NCBI GenBank assembly: GCA_016714815.1
Contig: JADKBZ010000016.1
Location: forward strand, 116,609 to 180,608
Reading direction: 5' to 3'
DNA length: 64,000 bases
Origin: Holophagales bacterium
GTDB taxonomy: Bacteria; Acidobacteriota; Thermoanaerobaculia; UBA5066
The translations under genes were made by a program, and so were the position numbers. Below, in pieces: positions 19,101 to 27,698 of the stretch. Below the pieces are notes generated by a model. It saw only the letters and a list, made by a program, of their open reading frames with translations, was not told where the DNA came from and did no database searches. Each line of letters begins with the position of its first letter. The first letter of the stretch is position 1.

Positions 19101-22100
19101 TCGGGCGAGACGAACGCGCTCCTGGCCTCGGGAACGTGGAACGACATCGACGCTCTCGTGGCGGAGGGCGAGAGCTCGGGCCTCTTCACCCGGGAGCTCG
19201 GCGGGAGCTTCGCGGCGGTCGAACGCGCATGGGGCGTTCCCGTTCGCTGGGCGTCGTGGACCGTCCTCGCGCCCGTCGCCGACGTGAAAGCCGCGCTCGC
19301 GGGCGAGGAGAGGGTCCACCTCGCGATCGTCCACGGCGACGACGAATGCGTCGTCTCCGGCGACGAGGAGGCCTGCGCCCGCGTCGTCGAGGCGCTGGGG
19401 CCGAGCCGGGGCGTGCGCCTCGGCTACCCGCTCGCCGTCCACGTTCCCGAGCTCGACGCGGTCCGCGAGGAGTGGCTTTCCCTGCACCGCCGGCCGACGA
19501 CGCCGCCTCCTCCGGCCGGGTCGAATCCGCCCGCCCGCTTCTACACGAACGCCACCGGCGTCCGCTACGTGCCGACGTCCGAGAGCTGCGCGCAGGCGAT
19601 CCTCGGCCAGGCGAACCGGACGCTCGACCTGCGCCCGACCATCCTCGCGGCCTGGGAGGACGGCGTCCGCGTCTTCGTCGAGCACGGGCCGCAGGCGGCC
19701 TGCGGCCGCTGGATCCGCGCGATCCTCGGCGAGCGCGAGGCGCTCGTCGTCAGCCTCGACCGGAAGGGGCAGGGCCTCGAGGCGACGCTCGACGCCGTCG
19801 CGGCGCTCGTCGCCGCGGGCGTGCCGATGCGCGCCGGCGCTCTCGGCGAGCTCGACGCGATGCTGCGCGCCGAACGGCCCTCTCCTCCGAGCGGCCGGAG
19901 CGTGACGTTCCCGGCGCACCTTCCCGAGATCTCCCTTCCGAAGGTCCCGGCACCTGGCCTCCCGTCCGGCCTCGCGGGTGCTCGCGTCATGGCCCCGGCT
20001 CCGGCCCTGCCCGCGGTCGTCGACGAAGACTGGGCTCCGCGGCGGCGCGACCCCGACGTCCCGGCCGCTCCGCCCGTTCCGCCCGCCGAGACCGTTCCCT
20101 TGCCCGTGCGCGCGGTGCACGCGGCCGTTTCGCCCTCGCCCGTCTCCGTCGCTTCTCCCGTCCTCGACGGCTTCCGCGCGCACGTCGCGCAGCTCTCGCA
20201 GATCCAGCAGGACTTCGTCCTGGCGCAGCAGGCGCTGCACGAGCGCTTCCTCTCGGGGCGCGGCGCGGCGATGGAGACGTTCCTTTACGCGGCCCGTCTG
20301 GCGGGAACGGCGGAGAGTGTTCCGGCGTCGCCGCCGGGTCCGACCGTTTCGACCTCCACGCCGGCGGACGTCCGTGTGATTCCGATGTCCCCGGCGGCCG
20401 CGGCGCGTCCGGCGGCTTCGCCGTCCGTCGAGGCCCCTCGCGCCGGTGGCGATCCCGTCGGCCCCCGCTTCGACCGCGGCCAGCTCGAGATTCACGCCGG
20501 AGGGCGGATCTCCGGGCTCTTCGGCCCGGAGTTCGCCGCGCAGGACCGCCACGTTCGGCAGGTCCGGATGCCGCTCCCGCCGCTTCTCCTCGCCGACCGC
20601 GTCGTCGGCCTCGCGGCCGAGCCGGCGAGCATGGGGAAGGGAACGATCTGGACCGAGACCGACGTGACGTGGGATTCCTGGTACCTGCACCAGGGGCACA
20701 TGCCGGCGGGCGTGATGATCGAGGCGGGGCAGGCCGACCTGATGCTCATCTCGTACCTCGGCGTCGACCTCCTGAACAGGGGAGAGCGGGTCTACAGGCT
20801 CCTCGGCTGCGAGCTGACGTACCACGGCGACCTGCCGCGGGCCGGCGACACGCTCCGCTTCGGGATCCACGTGGACGGCCACGCGGCGCAGGGCGCCGTG
20901 CGGCTCATGTTCTTCCACTACGACTGCGTCAACGGCGGCCGGCCGCAGCTGACGGTGCGCAAGGGCCAGGCGGGCTTCTTCACCGACGAGGAGCTCGCCG
21001 CCTCCGCCGGGTGCCTCTGGAGCCCGGAAGAGCAGCCGGTCGTTCCCGATCCGCGCCTGGCGTCCCCCGCGGCTCGCTCGGAGCGGAGCCGCTTCGAGAG
21101 GGAAGACCTCGACGCGTTCGCCCGTGGCGACGCGTTCGCCTGCTTCGGCCCGGGTTTCGAGAAGGCGCAGACCCACACCCGGAGCCCGCGGATCCAGGAA
21201 GGGCGGATGCTCCTGCAGGACCGCGTCACCGACCTCGACGTCGCGGGTGGAGCGTGGGGGCGCGGCTACCTGCGCGCGGAGCTCGACGTTCGCCCCGACC
21301 TCTGGTTCTTCGACGGCCACTTCAAGAACGACCCGTGCATGCCCGGGACGCTGATGTTCGAGGGGTGCCTGCAGGCGATGGCGTTCTACCTCGCGGCCCT
21401 CGGCTTCACGCTTCCCCGCGACGGCTGGCGGTTCCGGCCCGTCCCCGACCTGCCGTACCAGCTTCAGTGCCGAGGCCAGGTCACCCCCTCGTCGCACCGC
21501 CTCGTCACGGAGGTGTTCGTCGAGGAGGTCGTCGACGGACCGGTCCCGACTCTCTACGCCGACCTTCTCTGCACGGTCGACGGCCTGAAGGCGTTCCACG
21601 CGCGGCGCGTCGCGCTCGAGCTCGTCCCCGACTGGCCTCTCGAGGCGATGCCGGCCCTCCTCGCCGAGGCCGCGAGAGACACGCGGCCGACGGCCGAGTC
21701 CGGCGGCTTCCGCTTCGACCAGGCGAGCCTCCTGGCCTGCGCGTGGGGAAAGCCGTCGAAGGCCTTCGGGCCGATCTACACGCGCTTCGACGGGCCGGGG
21801 CGCGTCGCCCGCCTCCCGGGGCCGCCCTACCTCTTCATGAGCCGCGTGACCCGGGTCGACGGCCCGATCGGTGTGATGAAGCCGGGGGCGTCGGTGACGG
21901 TCGAGTACGACGTTCCGGCCGACGCCTGGTACTTCGGCGAGAACGGCTGCCGGACGATGCCGTTCGCCGTCCTCCTCGAGGCGGTGCTGCAGCCGTGCGG
22001 CTGGCTCTCGAGCTACGTCGGCTCGGCGCTCAGCGTCGACGAGGAGCTCGGCTTTCGCAACCTCGACGGGACGGGGACGCTCCTCGGCGAGGTCTTCCCC

Positions 22101-24857
22101 GGCACCGGCACGCTCACGACGCGCGTGAAGCTGAACACCGTCTCGGCGACCGGCGCGATGATCATCGAGTCGTTCGAGGTGACCTGCTCCGCGGGGGACA
22201 GGCCGGTCTACGAGATGAAGACCGTCTTCGGCTTCTTCCCGCCGGCCGCGCTCGCCAACCAGGCCGGTCTGCCGATCCCCGATGCCCACCGCGAGCTCCT
22301 CGAGAGGCCGAGCGACTTCCTCGTCGACCTCACCGCACGGCCGCCGGCATTCTTCGACCCGCGCCGGCCGCGGCTCGCCGGTCCGATGCTCCTGATGCTC
22401 GACCGCGTCGACGGCCTCTGGCCCGCCGCGGGGAAGGCGGGCCTCGGCCAGCTGCGGGCCGTGAAGGACGTCGACACGGACGAGTGGTTCTTCAAGGCCC
22501 ACTTCTTCCAGGACCCGGTGCAGCCCGGCTCCCTCGGGATCGAGGCGATGATCCAGGCGCTGCAGCTCTTCATGCTCCAGGCGGGGATGGACGACGGGAT
22601 CGCCGCGCCCCGCTTCGAGGCCATCGGCGTGGAAACGCCCCTGACCTGGAAGTACCGCGGGCAGGTTCTCCCGCACCACCGGACCGTTCACACCACGATC
22701 GAGATCACGGCGGCGGGGCGGGACGAGCGGGGTGCGTGGGCGACGTGCGACGCGAGCCTCTGGTCGGACGGGCGGCGGATCTACGAGGCGGCGAACCTCG
22801 GCATGCGGATCGTCGCGGGCGAGCCGGAATCCGGTGCCCGCGCAGGGGAGATCGTCCTCGACCCCGGCCACGACCTGTGGCTACAGGACCACCGTCCCAC
22901 CTGGACCGCGCCCGCCCTCCCGATGATGAGCATGGTCGACCTCCTCGCCCGCGGCTCCACGGGCGACGGTCCGGTGACCGGCCTCAGGGACCTGCGGGTG
23001 AGCGGCTGGTTCCTCGTGAGCGAGCCGCGGCGGCTCCGCTGTGAGCAGTGCGGCGAGAGCGTCCGGCTTCTCGCCGTCGAGCCGGACGGCGAGAAGGAGG
23101 TCGCGCGCGCGTCGGTGCGGCACGGGAAATACGCGCCCCGCCCCGATCCGCTTCCCGAGGCCCGTGGCGTGGAGGTCCCGCTCCCTTACGAAACGGGCGC
23201 GCTCTTCCACGGACCGGCATTCCAGGTCGTCGAGCGCCTCGTGATGGGGCGGGGAGAGTGCTCGAGCCTGCTTCGTGCTGCGAGCGGCGTCCCCGCGAGC
23301 CTTCTCAATCCGGGGCTTCTCGACGGCGCCACGCACGGCATTCCCCACGCGGACCTCCACTCGTGGGACGACGCTTCCGATCCGGGGAAGGTCGCCTTCC
23401 CCGCGTTCCTCCCCGAGATCGACTTTTTCGGGCCGACGCCGGTCACGGGGACCCTCCGCTGCGAGGTCCGCCAGCAGCCGTACTTCGGAAGCGCCGACTA
23501 CCCGGTCTTCCTCGTCCAGCTCATCGGGCCCGATGGCGTCTGGTGCCAGCTCCGGCTCGTCGAGTCGTCCTTTCCCAAGGGGCCGCTCGGCTCGGCGGAG
23601 CCGGCCGCGCGCCGCGAGTTTCTCCGCGACCGTTCCCCGGTCGAGGGGCTGCGCCTCTCGCGCGTCGAGGAGGGCGTCACGGTCCTGACGGACGCCCAGG
23701 TCGCGGCGACCGACTGGCTGGCCGGCACCGTCGCGGCCCTCTACGGCTCGCGCGAGACCGAGGCGATCGCCCGCGCCGAGCACGCCGCGGCCGCCCACGC
23801 GCTCCACCCGGGCCGGGTCTTCGCGCAGCTCCCGCTCACCCGCTTCGACCTCGAGGCCCGCCGCACGGGGGGTGAGGTGCGCGTCTCGGGCGACGGCCGG
23901 GGAACGCTCGATCTCTCGCCCCTCCGGAAGTTCTGGACGCGCTGGTTCGACCGCGGGCCGTGGCCCGTAGAGGACCTCTACTACGGCCTCGTCGGCCGCT
24001 TCGTCGACCGCGTCGTCGTCGAGGACCCGGCGGCCTACGCCGCGCTGCGGGGCCGGAGCGTCCTCTACCTCGCGAACCACCAGACGGGCGTCGAGTCGCT
24101 CCTCTTCTCGATCGTCGCGTCGGCGCTGAACGAGGTCCCGACGGTGACCCTCGCCAAGATCGAGCACAGGGAGACCTGGCTCGGGCGGCTCATCGCGCAC
24201 GCCTTCTCGTACCCGGGCGTCACCGACCCGCGCGTCATGACGTTCTTCGACCGGGAGGACAAGGCGAGCCTCGTCCGCGTCATCGGCGAGCTCGCCGCCG
24301 AGATGACGGGGCCGGGGCGCTCCGTCATGGTCCACGTGGAGGGAACGCGCGCCCTGAGCTGCCGCAGCCGGGTCGAGAAGATGAGCGGCGCCTTCCTCGA
24401 CCTGGCGATGAAGGTCGGTGCCCCCGTCGTCCCGGTGCGGTTCGTCGGCGGCCTCCCCGCGGACCCCCTCGAGACGCGCCTCGAGTTCCCCTTCGGGATG
24501 GGCCGCCAGGAGATCCACTTCGGTGCCCCCCTGATGCCCGAGCGCCTCGCCGCCCTTCACTACGGCGCCCGCAAGGAGCTCGTCCTCTCGGCGATCAACG
24601 GCCTCGGAATCCCGAATGCGAGGGAGCGGCCCTTCCCCGGCGACCCGGTGTTCGCGGGTCGCGTGAACGCCTGGCAGGCCGCGTGCGGCGTCGCTCACGA
24701 GCACGCGACGCTCCACGAGGTCCTCGCGGAGCTGGAGAACCCCGGAGACGAAATCCGCCGGCTCCTGGCGGCCCCGTCCGCGGCCGCGCTCGCGGGGGAC
24801 GAGAGCCCGGAGGGGCGGTGGCTCGCGGAGCTGGGCCGCAGACTGCTGGGAGGGTGA
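16155..24857 (+). CDS. pfa3: PUFA synthase Pfa3/PfaC-like protein: KS, CLF, AT, 2 x FabA-like DH (each with a pseudo-DH partner) and a C-terminal AGPAT (1-acylglycerol-3-phosphate acyltransferase) domain
   Basis: The KS Cys is in IDAACASALYAL and the CLF lacks a Cys. The AT has GYSSGE. FabA motifs are FFDGHFKNDPCMPGTLMFEG and FFKAHFFQDPVQPGSLGIEA. The C-terminal acyltransferase motifs are LANHQTGVES and HVEGTR. ATG at 16155 lies 4 nt after the pfaA stop. Confidence 0.95.
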   Translation: MAFAPIAIVGRSCVLPGALDPSALWELVAAGRDLVGPAPEGRWGLDRDQILRDAGGPAPDAAWSDRGGYVEGFETIWNPEGFGVGAKELDGLDQLVPWVLHTAREAFRDAGDEKAGIAGATAAGSVTRPRTGAIFGNLGFPSEGMAAYARSVWTGGGLGPGGIAVDPRNRFMSGGTAALLRRALGLGAGVFSIDAACASALYALKLACDRLHDGDADVMLAGAVQRADDLFLHVGFTALGALSRSGRSRPFHREADGLVPAEGAAFVVLKRLDDARRDGNTIHGVIRGVGLANDGRGKGLLAPSEEGQERAIRAAYEEAGLGPERVSLIEAHATGTPVGDGAEVRSTGAVYAGLSGVPLGSLKSNLGHLITVAGVAGLLKVLGAMKAGMRPPTLHAGEPLDALAGSPFRLVERLEPWPSDGPRVASVSAFGFGGNNAHLIVSEDDPELGGSSASRAGASRAPLAPALAVVGLGCAVSSAADRTRFAQALFSSESLLDGRGEGRMGPVELDLDGLRFPPRDLGQTLPQQLAILRAAGEALDGCGALPRERTGIFVGMEPDPEVARWGTRWRLARTAREAGAPPEWLGKARDAVVPVLESASVVGTMPNIPANRLSSQLDLGGRAFTVQAGEASGTVALSLAMRALRRGELDAALVGAVDLSSESVQRSAIGSLAPEGKAIPPGDAAVLLIVKRLEDAERDGNRVYALIDEVEEETERKAKKAKEAEKKTKQKEEGPGGDEALLELDGEGPMSLVPRFGHAWAASDLVHVAAAALSLHHRRLPGGKPWLPQDPSARVAGVGMTNGPRIRLTEAGGHARRAEDDPPRLHLFAGADRTEVMDALRTGREGTGEESGARLAFVATGGSFANVRARALSHLETGAPAGPGIHFRERPLGGELGFIFAGAGAAYRGMGRDLLERLPSLAVSLSRRSRRLPRALAWSFEDDSREPTVLEQLWGASALCQLHAGLTLGLLGLTPDAWMGYSSGETNALLASGTWNDIDALVAEGESSGLFTRELGGSFAAVERAWGVPVRWASWTVLAPVADVKAALAGEERVHLAIVHGDDECVVSGDEEACARVVEALGPSRGVRLGYPLAVHVPELDAVREEWLSLHRRPTTPPPPAGSNPPARFYTNATGVRYVPTSESCAQAILGQANRTLDLRPTILAAWEDGVRVFVEHGPQAACGRWIRAILGEREALVVSLDRKGQGLEATLDAVAALVAAGVPMRAGALGELDAMLRAERPSPPSGRSVTFPAHLPEISLPKVPAPGLPSGLAGARVMAPAPALPAVVDEDWAPRRRDPDVPAAPPVPPAETVPLPVRAVHAAVSPSPVSVASPVLDGFRAHVAQLSQIQQDFVLAQQALHERFLSGRGAAMETFLYAARLAGTAESVPASPPGPTVSTSTPADVRVIPMSPAAAARPAASPSVEAPRAGGDPVGPRFDRGQLEIHAGGRISGLFGPEFAAQDRHVRQVRMPLPPLLLADRVVGLAAEPASMGKGTIWTETDVTWDSWYLHQGHMPAGVMIEAGQADLMLISYLGVDLLNRGERVYRLLGCELTYHGDLPRAGDTLRFGIHVDGHAAQGAVRLMFFHYDCVNGGRPQLTVRKGQAGFFTDEELAASAGCLWSPEEQPVVPDPRLASPAARSERSRFEREDLDAFARGDAFACFGPGFEKAQTHTRSPRIQEGRMLLQDRVTDLDVAGGAWGRGYLRAELDVRPDLWFFDGHFKNDPCMPGTLMFEGCLQAMAFYLAALGFTLPRDGWRFRPVPDLPYQLQCRGQVTPSSHRLVTEVFVEEVVDGPVPTLYADLLCTVDGLKAFHARRVALELVPDWPLEAMPALLAEAARDTRPTAESGGFRFDQASLLACAWGKPSKAFGPIYTRFDGPGRVARLPGPPYLFMSRVTRVDGPIGVMKPGASVTVEYDVPADAWYFGENGCRTMPFAVLLEAVLQPCGWLSSYVGSALSVDEELGFRNLDGTGTLLGEVFPGTGTLTTRVKLNTVSATGAMIIESFEVTCSAGDRPVYEMKTVFGFFPPAALANQAGLPIPDAHRELLERPSDFLVDLTARPPAFFDPRRPRLAGPMLLMLDRVDGLWPAAGKAGLGQLRAVKDVDTDEWFFKAHFFQDPVQPGSLGIEAMIQALQLFMLQAGMDDGIAAPRFEAIGVETPLTWKYRGQVLPHHRTVHTTIEITAAGRDERGAWATCDASLWSDGRRIYEAANLGMRIVAGEPESGARAGEIVLDPGHDLWLQDHRPTWTAPALPMMSMVDLLARGSTGDGPVTGLRDLRVSGWFLVSEPRRLRCEQCGESVRLLAVEPDGEKEVARASVRHGKYAPRPDPLPEARGVEVPLPYETGALFHGPAFQVVERLVMGRGECSSLLRAASGVPASLLNPGLLDGATHGIPHADLHSWDDASDPGKVAFPAFLPEIDFFGPTPVTGTLRCEVRQQPYFGSADYPVFLVQLIGPDGVWCQLRLVESSFPKGPLGSAEPAARREFLRDRSPVEGLRLSRVEEGVTVLTDAQVAATDWLAGTVAALYGSRETEAIARAEHAAAAHALHPGRVFAQLPLTRFDLEARRTGGEVRVSGDGRGTLDLSPLRKFWTRWFDRGPWPVEDLYYGLVGRFVDRVVVEDPAAYAALRGRSVLYLANHQTGVESLLFSIVASALNEVPTVTLAKIEHRETWLGRLIAHAFSYPGVTDPRVMTFFDREDKASLVRVIGELAAEMTGPGRSVMVHVEGTRALSCRSRVEKMSGAFLDLAMKVGAPVVPVRFVGGLPADPLETRLEFPFGMGRQEIHFGAPLMPERLAALHYGARKELVLSAINGLGIPNARERPFPGDPVFAGRVNAWQAACGVAHEHATLHEVLAELENPGDEIRRLLAAPSAAALAGDESPEGRWLAELGRRLLGG

Positions 24858-24949
24858 GCGGGAAGGGCCGGACGGGGAACGGCTGCCCGCGGGGGCACGA
24901 GTCGGCCTTGCTTGCCCGCCCCGGCTGTCGGAGTCATCATGGCAGGTCG

Positions 24950-26482
24950 GTGAGAGGGTTCCGAAGTCTCCTGTCCGGCGCTCTGGCGCTGCTCGCCCTC
25001 CTGGGCGCCTCGTGCGGCCGAGAGCGCGACGCGGCCCCTGGTCGGGCGGAGCGGAGGCTCACGGTCGCGGTCCGCGCCGACATCACCGGGGTCTTCCCGG
25101 AGCCGCCGACGCAGAGAGAGTCGTTCACGATCGACCTCTTCTCGAACGTCCTCGAGGGGCCGTTCCGGCTCGACGAGAACCTCGCGGTGCAGCCGGCGCT
25201 CGTCTCGACCTGGACGAACCCGGACGATCGGACCTGGGTCTTCCGGCTGCGCGAGGGGATCCGGTTCTCGGACGGCACGCCCCTCACGTCCACGGACGTC
25301 GTCGCGTCGCTTCGGGCGGCGGTCGAGAAGCCGTTCCCTACGGGCGCGTTCCTCTCGGCGATCTCGAAGGTCGAGGCGAGCGGCCCGTTCGAGTTCCGGG
25401 TGACGACGCGGGAGCCGTCCGCGGTCCTTCCGTCCTATCTCACCGGCGCGTTCGTCATCTCGGCCCGGGCGCTCGCGATGAGCCCGATTCTCCCTGTGGG
25501 AACGGGGCCGTACGTCTACGCGGGCCGGGAGCCGGGGAAGGAGATCCGCCTCACCCGGAACCGGTTCCACGAACCAGCGGCTCCTTTCGACGAGGTGCTC
25601 CTCCGGGTCCTTCCCGATCCCGTCGAGAGGGTCGCCGCGCTCCTGGCGGGACGCGTCGACATCGCCGACGCCCTCCCCCTCGACGCGGTGGAGCGGCTCT
25701 CGCGCGAGAGCGGGCTGGTGGCCCTTACCCGCCCCGGAATCCGGGTCCTCTACCTCGCGCCGCGGGTCGACCGGCCGCCGTTCTCCGACCTGCGCGTCCG
25801 GGAGGCGCTCGACCTCGCGATCGATCGCGACGAGCTGAACGCCCGCGTCTACCACGGCCGTGGCACGCCCGCCTCGCAGCCGGTGCCGGTCGCCGTCGCC
25901 GGCTACGACGCCTCGATTCCCGTCGTCCGCGCCGACAGGACGCAGGCGCGCGCGCTCGTTCACGCGGCCTCGCGCGGCGCCGGGATCGACGTCGTCCTCG
26001 ACGCTCCGAGCGATCGCTACCTGAACGACGTGGCGCTCGCCCACGAGGCGAAGCGCCAGATGGAGCTCGCGGGCTTCCGCGTCACGGTGAGGGCGAGGCC
26101 GAAGGCGGAGTTCTTCCCCTCCCTCGCGAGGGGGGAGGCGCAGCTCTACCTCTTCGGCTGGGGGTGCGACACGCTCGAAGCGGGCGACATCCTGAACGGC
26201 GCCTTCCGTTCGCGCGCCACCTCGGGGGCGCGGAACGACAACTACCAGGGCCTCGCCGACTCCGTCGTCGACGGTGCCACCGACGCGGCGACCCGGGCGA
26301 CGGAGGCGGAGCAGAGGCTAGAACACCTGCACGCGGCGATGAACCGGCTTCGCGAGCTCCGGGCGACGATTCCGCTCGTCGTCATGCCCGAGACGATCGC
26401 GTACTCGAAACGGATCTCCTGGACGCCTCCCCCGACGTTCGTCCTGAGGCTTCACGAGGTCGGCCTGGCCCCGCCGCGCTGA
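24950..26482 (+). CDS. ABC transporter substrate-binding protein, family 5 (peptide/nickel type); orphan, probably a lipoprotein
   Basis: GTG at 24950 gives VRGFRSLLSGALALLALLGASCGRE, a signal peptide with a Cys. The rest has SBP_bac_5-like architecture. An upstream ATG at 24939 hits an in-frame TGA after 4 codons. Confidence 0.75.
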   Translation: MRGFRSLLSGALALLALLGASCGRERDAAPGRAERRLTVAVRADITGVFPEPPTQRESFTIDLFSNVLEGPFRLDENLAVQPALVSTWTNPDDRTWVFRLREGIRFSDGTPLTSTDVVASLRAAVEKPFPTGAFLSAISKVEASGPFEFRVTTREPSAVLPSYLTGAFVISARALAMSPILPVGTGPYVYAGREPGKEIRLTRNRFHEPAAPFDEVLLRVLPDPVERVAALLAGRVDIADALPLDAVERLSRESGLVALTRPGIRVLYLAPRVDRPPFSDLRVREALDLAIDRDELNARVYHGRGTPASQPVPVAVAGYDASIPVVRADRTQARALVHAASRGAGIDVVLDAPSDRYLNDVALAHEAKRQMELAGFRVTVRARPKAEFFPSLARGEAQLYLFGWGCDTLEAGDILNGAFRSRATSGARNDNYQGLADSVVDGATDAATRATEAEQRLEHLHAAMNRLRELRATIPLVVMPETIAYSKRISWTPPPTFVLRLHEVGLAPPR

Positions 26483-26528
26483 CAGCGGACGGAGGCCCGC
26501 CGCGCGGGTCGCGGAGGACCGGGGTACC

Positions 26529-27662
26529 ATGGGCGCGGCCATGATCGTCCTCGTCGATTCGTCGCTCGCGGAGGACTCGGAGGAACGGAGGCTGACCCTC
26601 GAGAGCCTCACGAACCTTCCGGGGATCGAGGTCCGCGTCCACACCATCCGGGGGGCCCGGCAGACCCTCACCGAGATCTACCTGATCGGCGACACCGCCC
26701 GCCTCTCCGTCGAGGAAATCTCCGCCCTGCCGGGCGTGGAGCGGGTCGTCCGCGTCTCGGAGGAGTACCGGATCCTCGGGCGGCACAAGGACGACAGCCG
26801 GGCCGCCGGCTTCACGTACAACGGCGTCTCCTTCACCGAGGACAACCTCAACGTCTTCGCCGGCCTCTGCGCCGTCGACACGAAAGAGAGCGTCGAGGAG
26901 ATGTTCCGGGCGCTTCGGCAGCACGGTCAGGTCTGCAGCCGGATGGGGGCCTACAAGCCGCGTTCGAGCCCGTACTCGTTCCAGGGGCACGGCAAGGCGT
27001 GCCTGCCGTGGGTCTTCGAGCTCGCGGGCAAGTACGGGATCAGGGTGATCGCCATGGAGATCACGCACGAGAGCCACGTGGACGAGGTGGCCGAGAGCCT
27101 GGAGCGGACCGGGCACCCGACGGGCGTGATGCTCCAGATCGGCACGCGCAACATCCAGAACTTCGAGCTCCTCAAGGTCGTCGGCCGGCAGCGGGAGTTC
27201 CCCATCCTCGTCAAGAGGGGCTTCGGCATCTCGCTGAGCGAATCGCTCAACGCCGCCGAGTACCTCGCGAGCGAAGGGAAGACGGAGATCGTCTTCTGTC
27301 TCCGGGGCGTGAAGACGAACCTGGGCGACCCGCACAGGAACCTCGTCGACTTCTCCCACGTGCCGGTCGTCAAGCGGCTGACGCGGATGCCGGTCTGCGT
27401 CGACCCGTCGCACTCCGTTGGCTCGCGCGAGCGCGCGCCCGACCGGATGCTCGACCTGATGCACGTGACGGCGCAGGGAGTCGTGGCCGGGGCCGACATG
27501 GTCCTCGTCGACTTCCACCCCGCGCCGGCGAAGGCTCTCGTGGACGGGCCGCAGGCCCTGCTTCTCAAGGAGCTGCCGTGGTTCCTCGAGGACGTCGCCC
27601 TCGCCCGGGAATGCTACGAGAAGCGCCGCGCGCTGGTCGGGCGTCACGCGGCGGCGTCTTAG
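26529..27662 (+). CDS. 3-deoxy-7-phosphoheptulonate (DAHP) synthase, type I-beta, with an N-terminal regulatory domain
   Basis: GAYKPRSSPYSFQG matches the KPRTSPYSFQG motif of I-beta DAHPS/KDO8PS. Motifs LQIGTRNIQN and VDPSHS are present, with an extra domain of about 110 aa at the N-terminus. Confidence 0.85.
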   Translation: MGAAMIVLVDSSLAEDSEERRLTLESLTNLPGIEVRVHTIRGARQTLTEIYLIGDTARLSVEEISALPGVERVVRVSEEYRILGRHKDDSRAAGFTYNGVSFTEDNLNVFAGLCAVDTKESVEEMFRALRQHGQVCSRMGAYKPRSSPYSFQGHGKACLPWVFELAGKYGIRVIAMEITHESHVDEVAESLERTGHPTGVMLQIGTRNIQNFELLKVVGRQREFPILVKRGFGISLSESLNAAEYLASEGKTEIVFCLRGVKTNLGDPHRNLVDFSHVPVVKRLTRMPVCVDPSHSVGSRERAPDRMLDLMHVTAQGVVAGADMVLVDFHPAPAKALVDGPQALLLKELPWFLEDVALARECYEKRRALVGRHAAAS

Positions 27663-27698
27663 GGCGAAGCTTTCCACTCGTAGCCCCGGAGGAACGCC

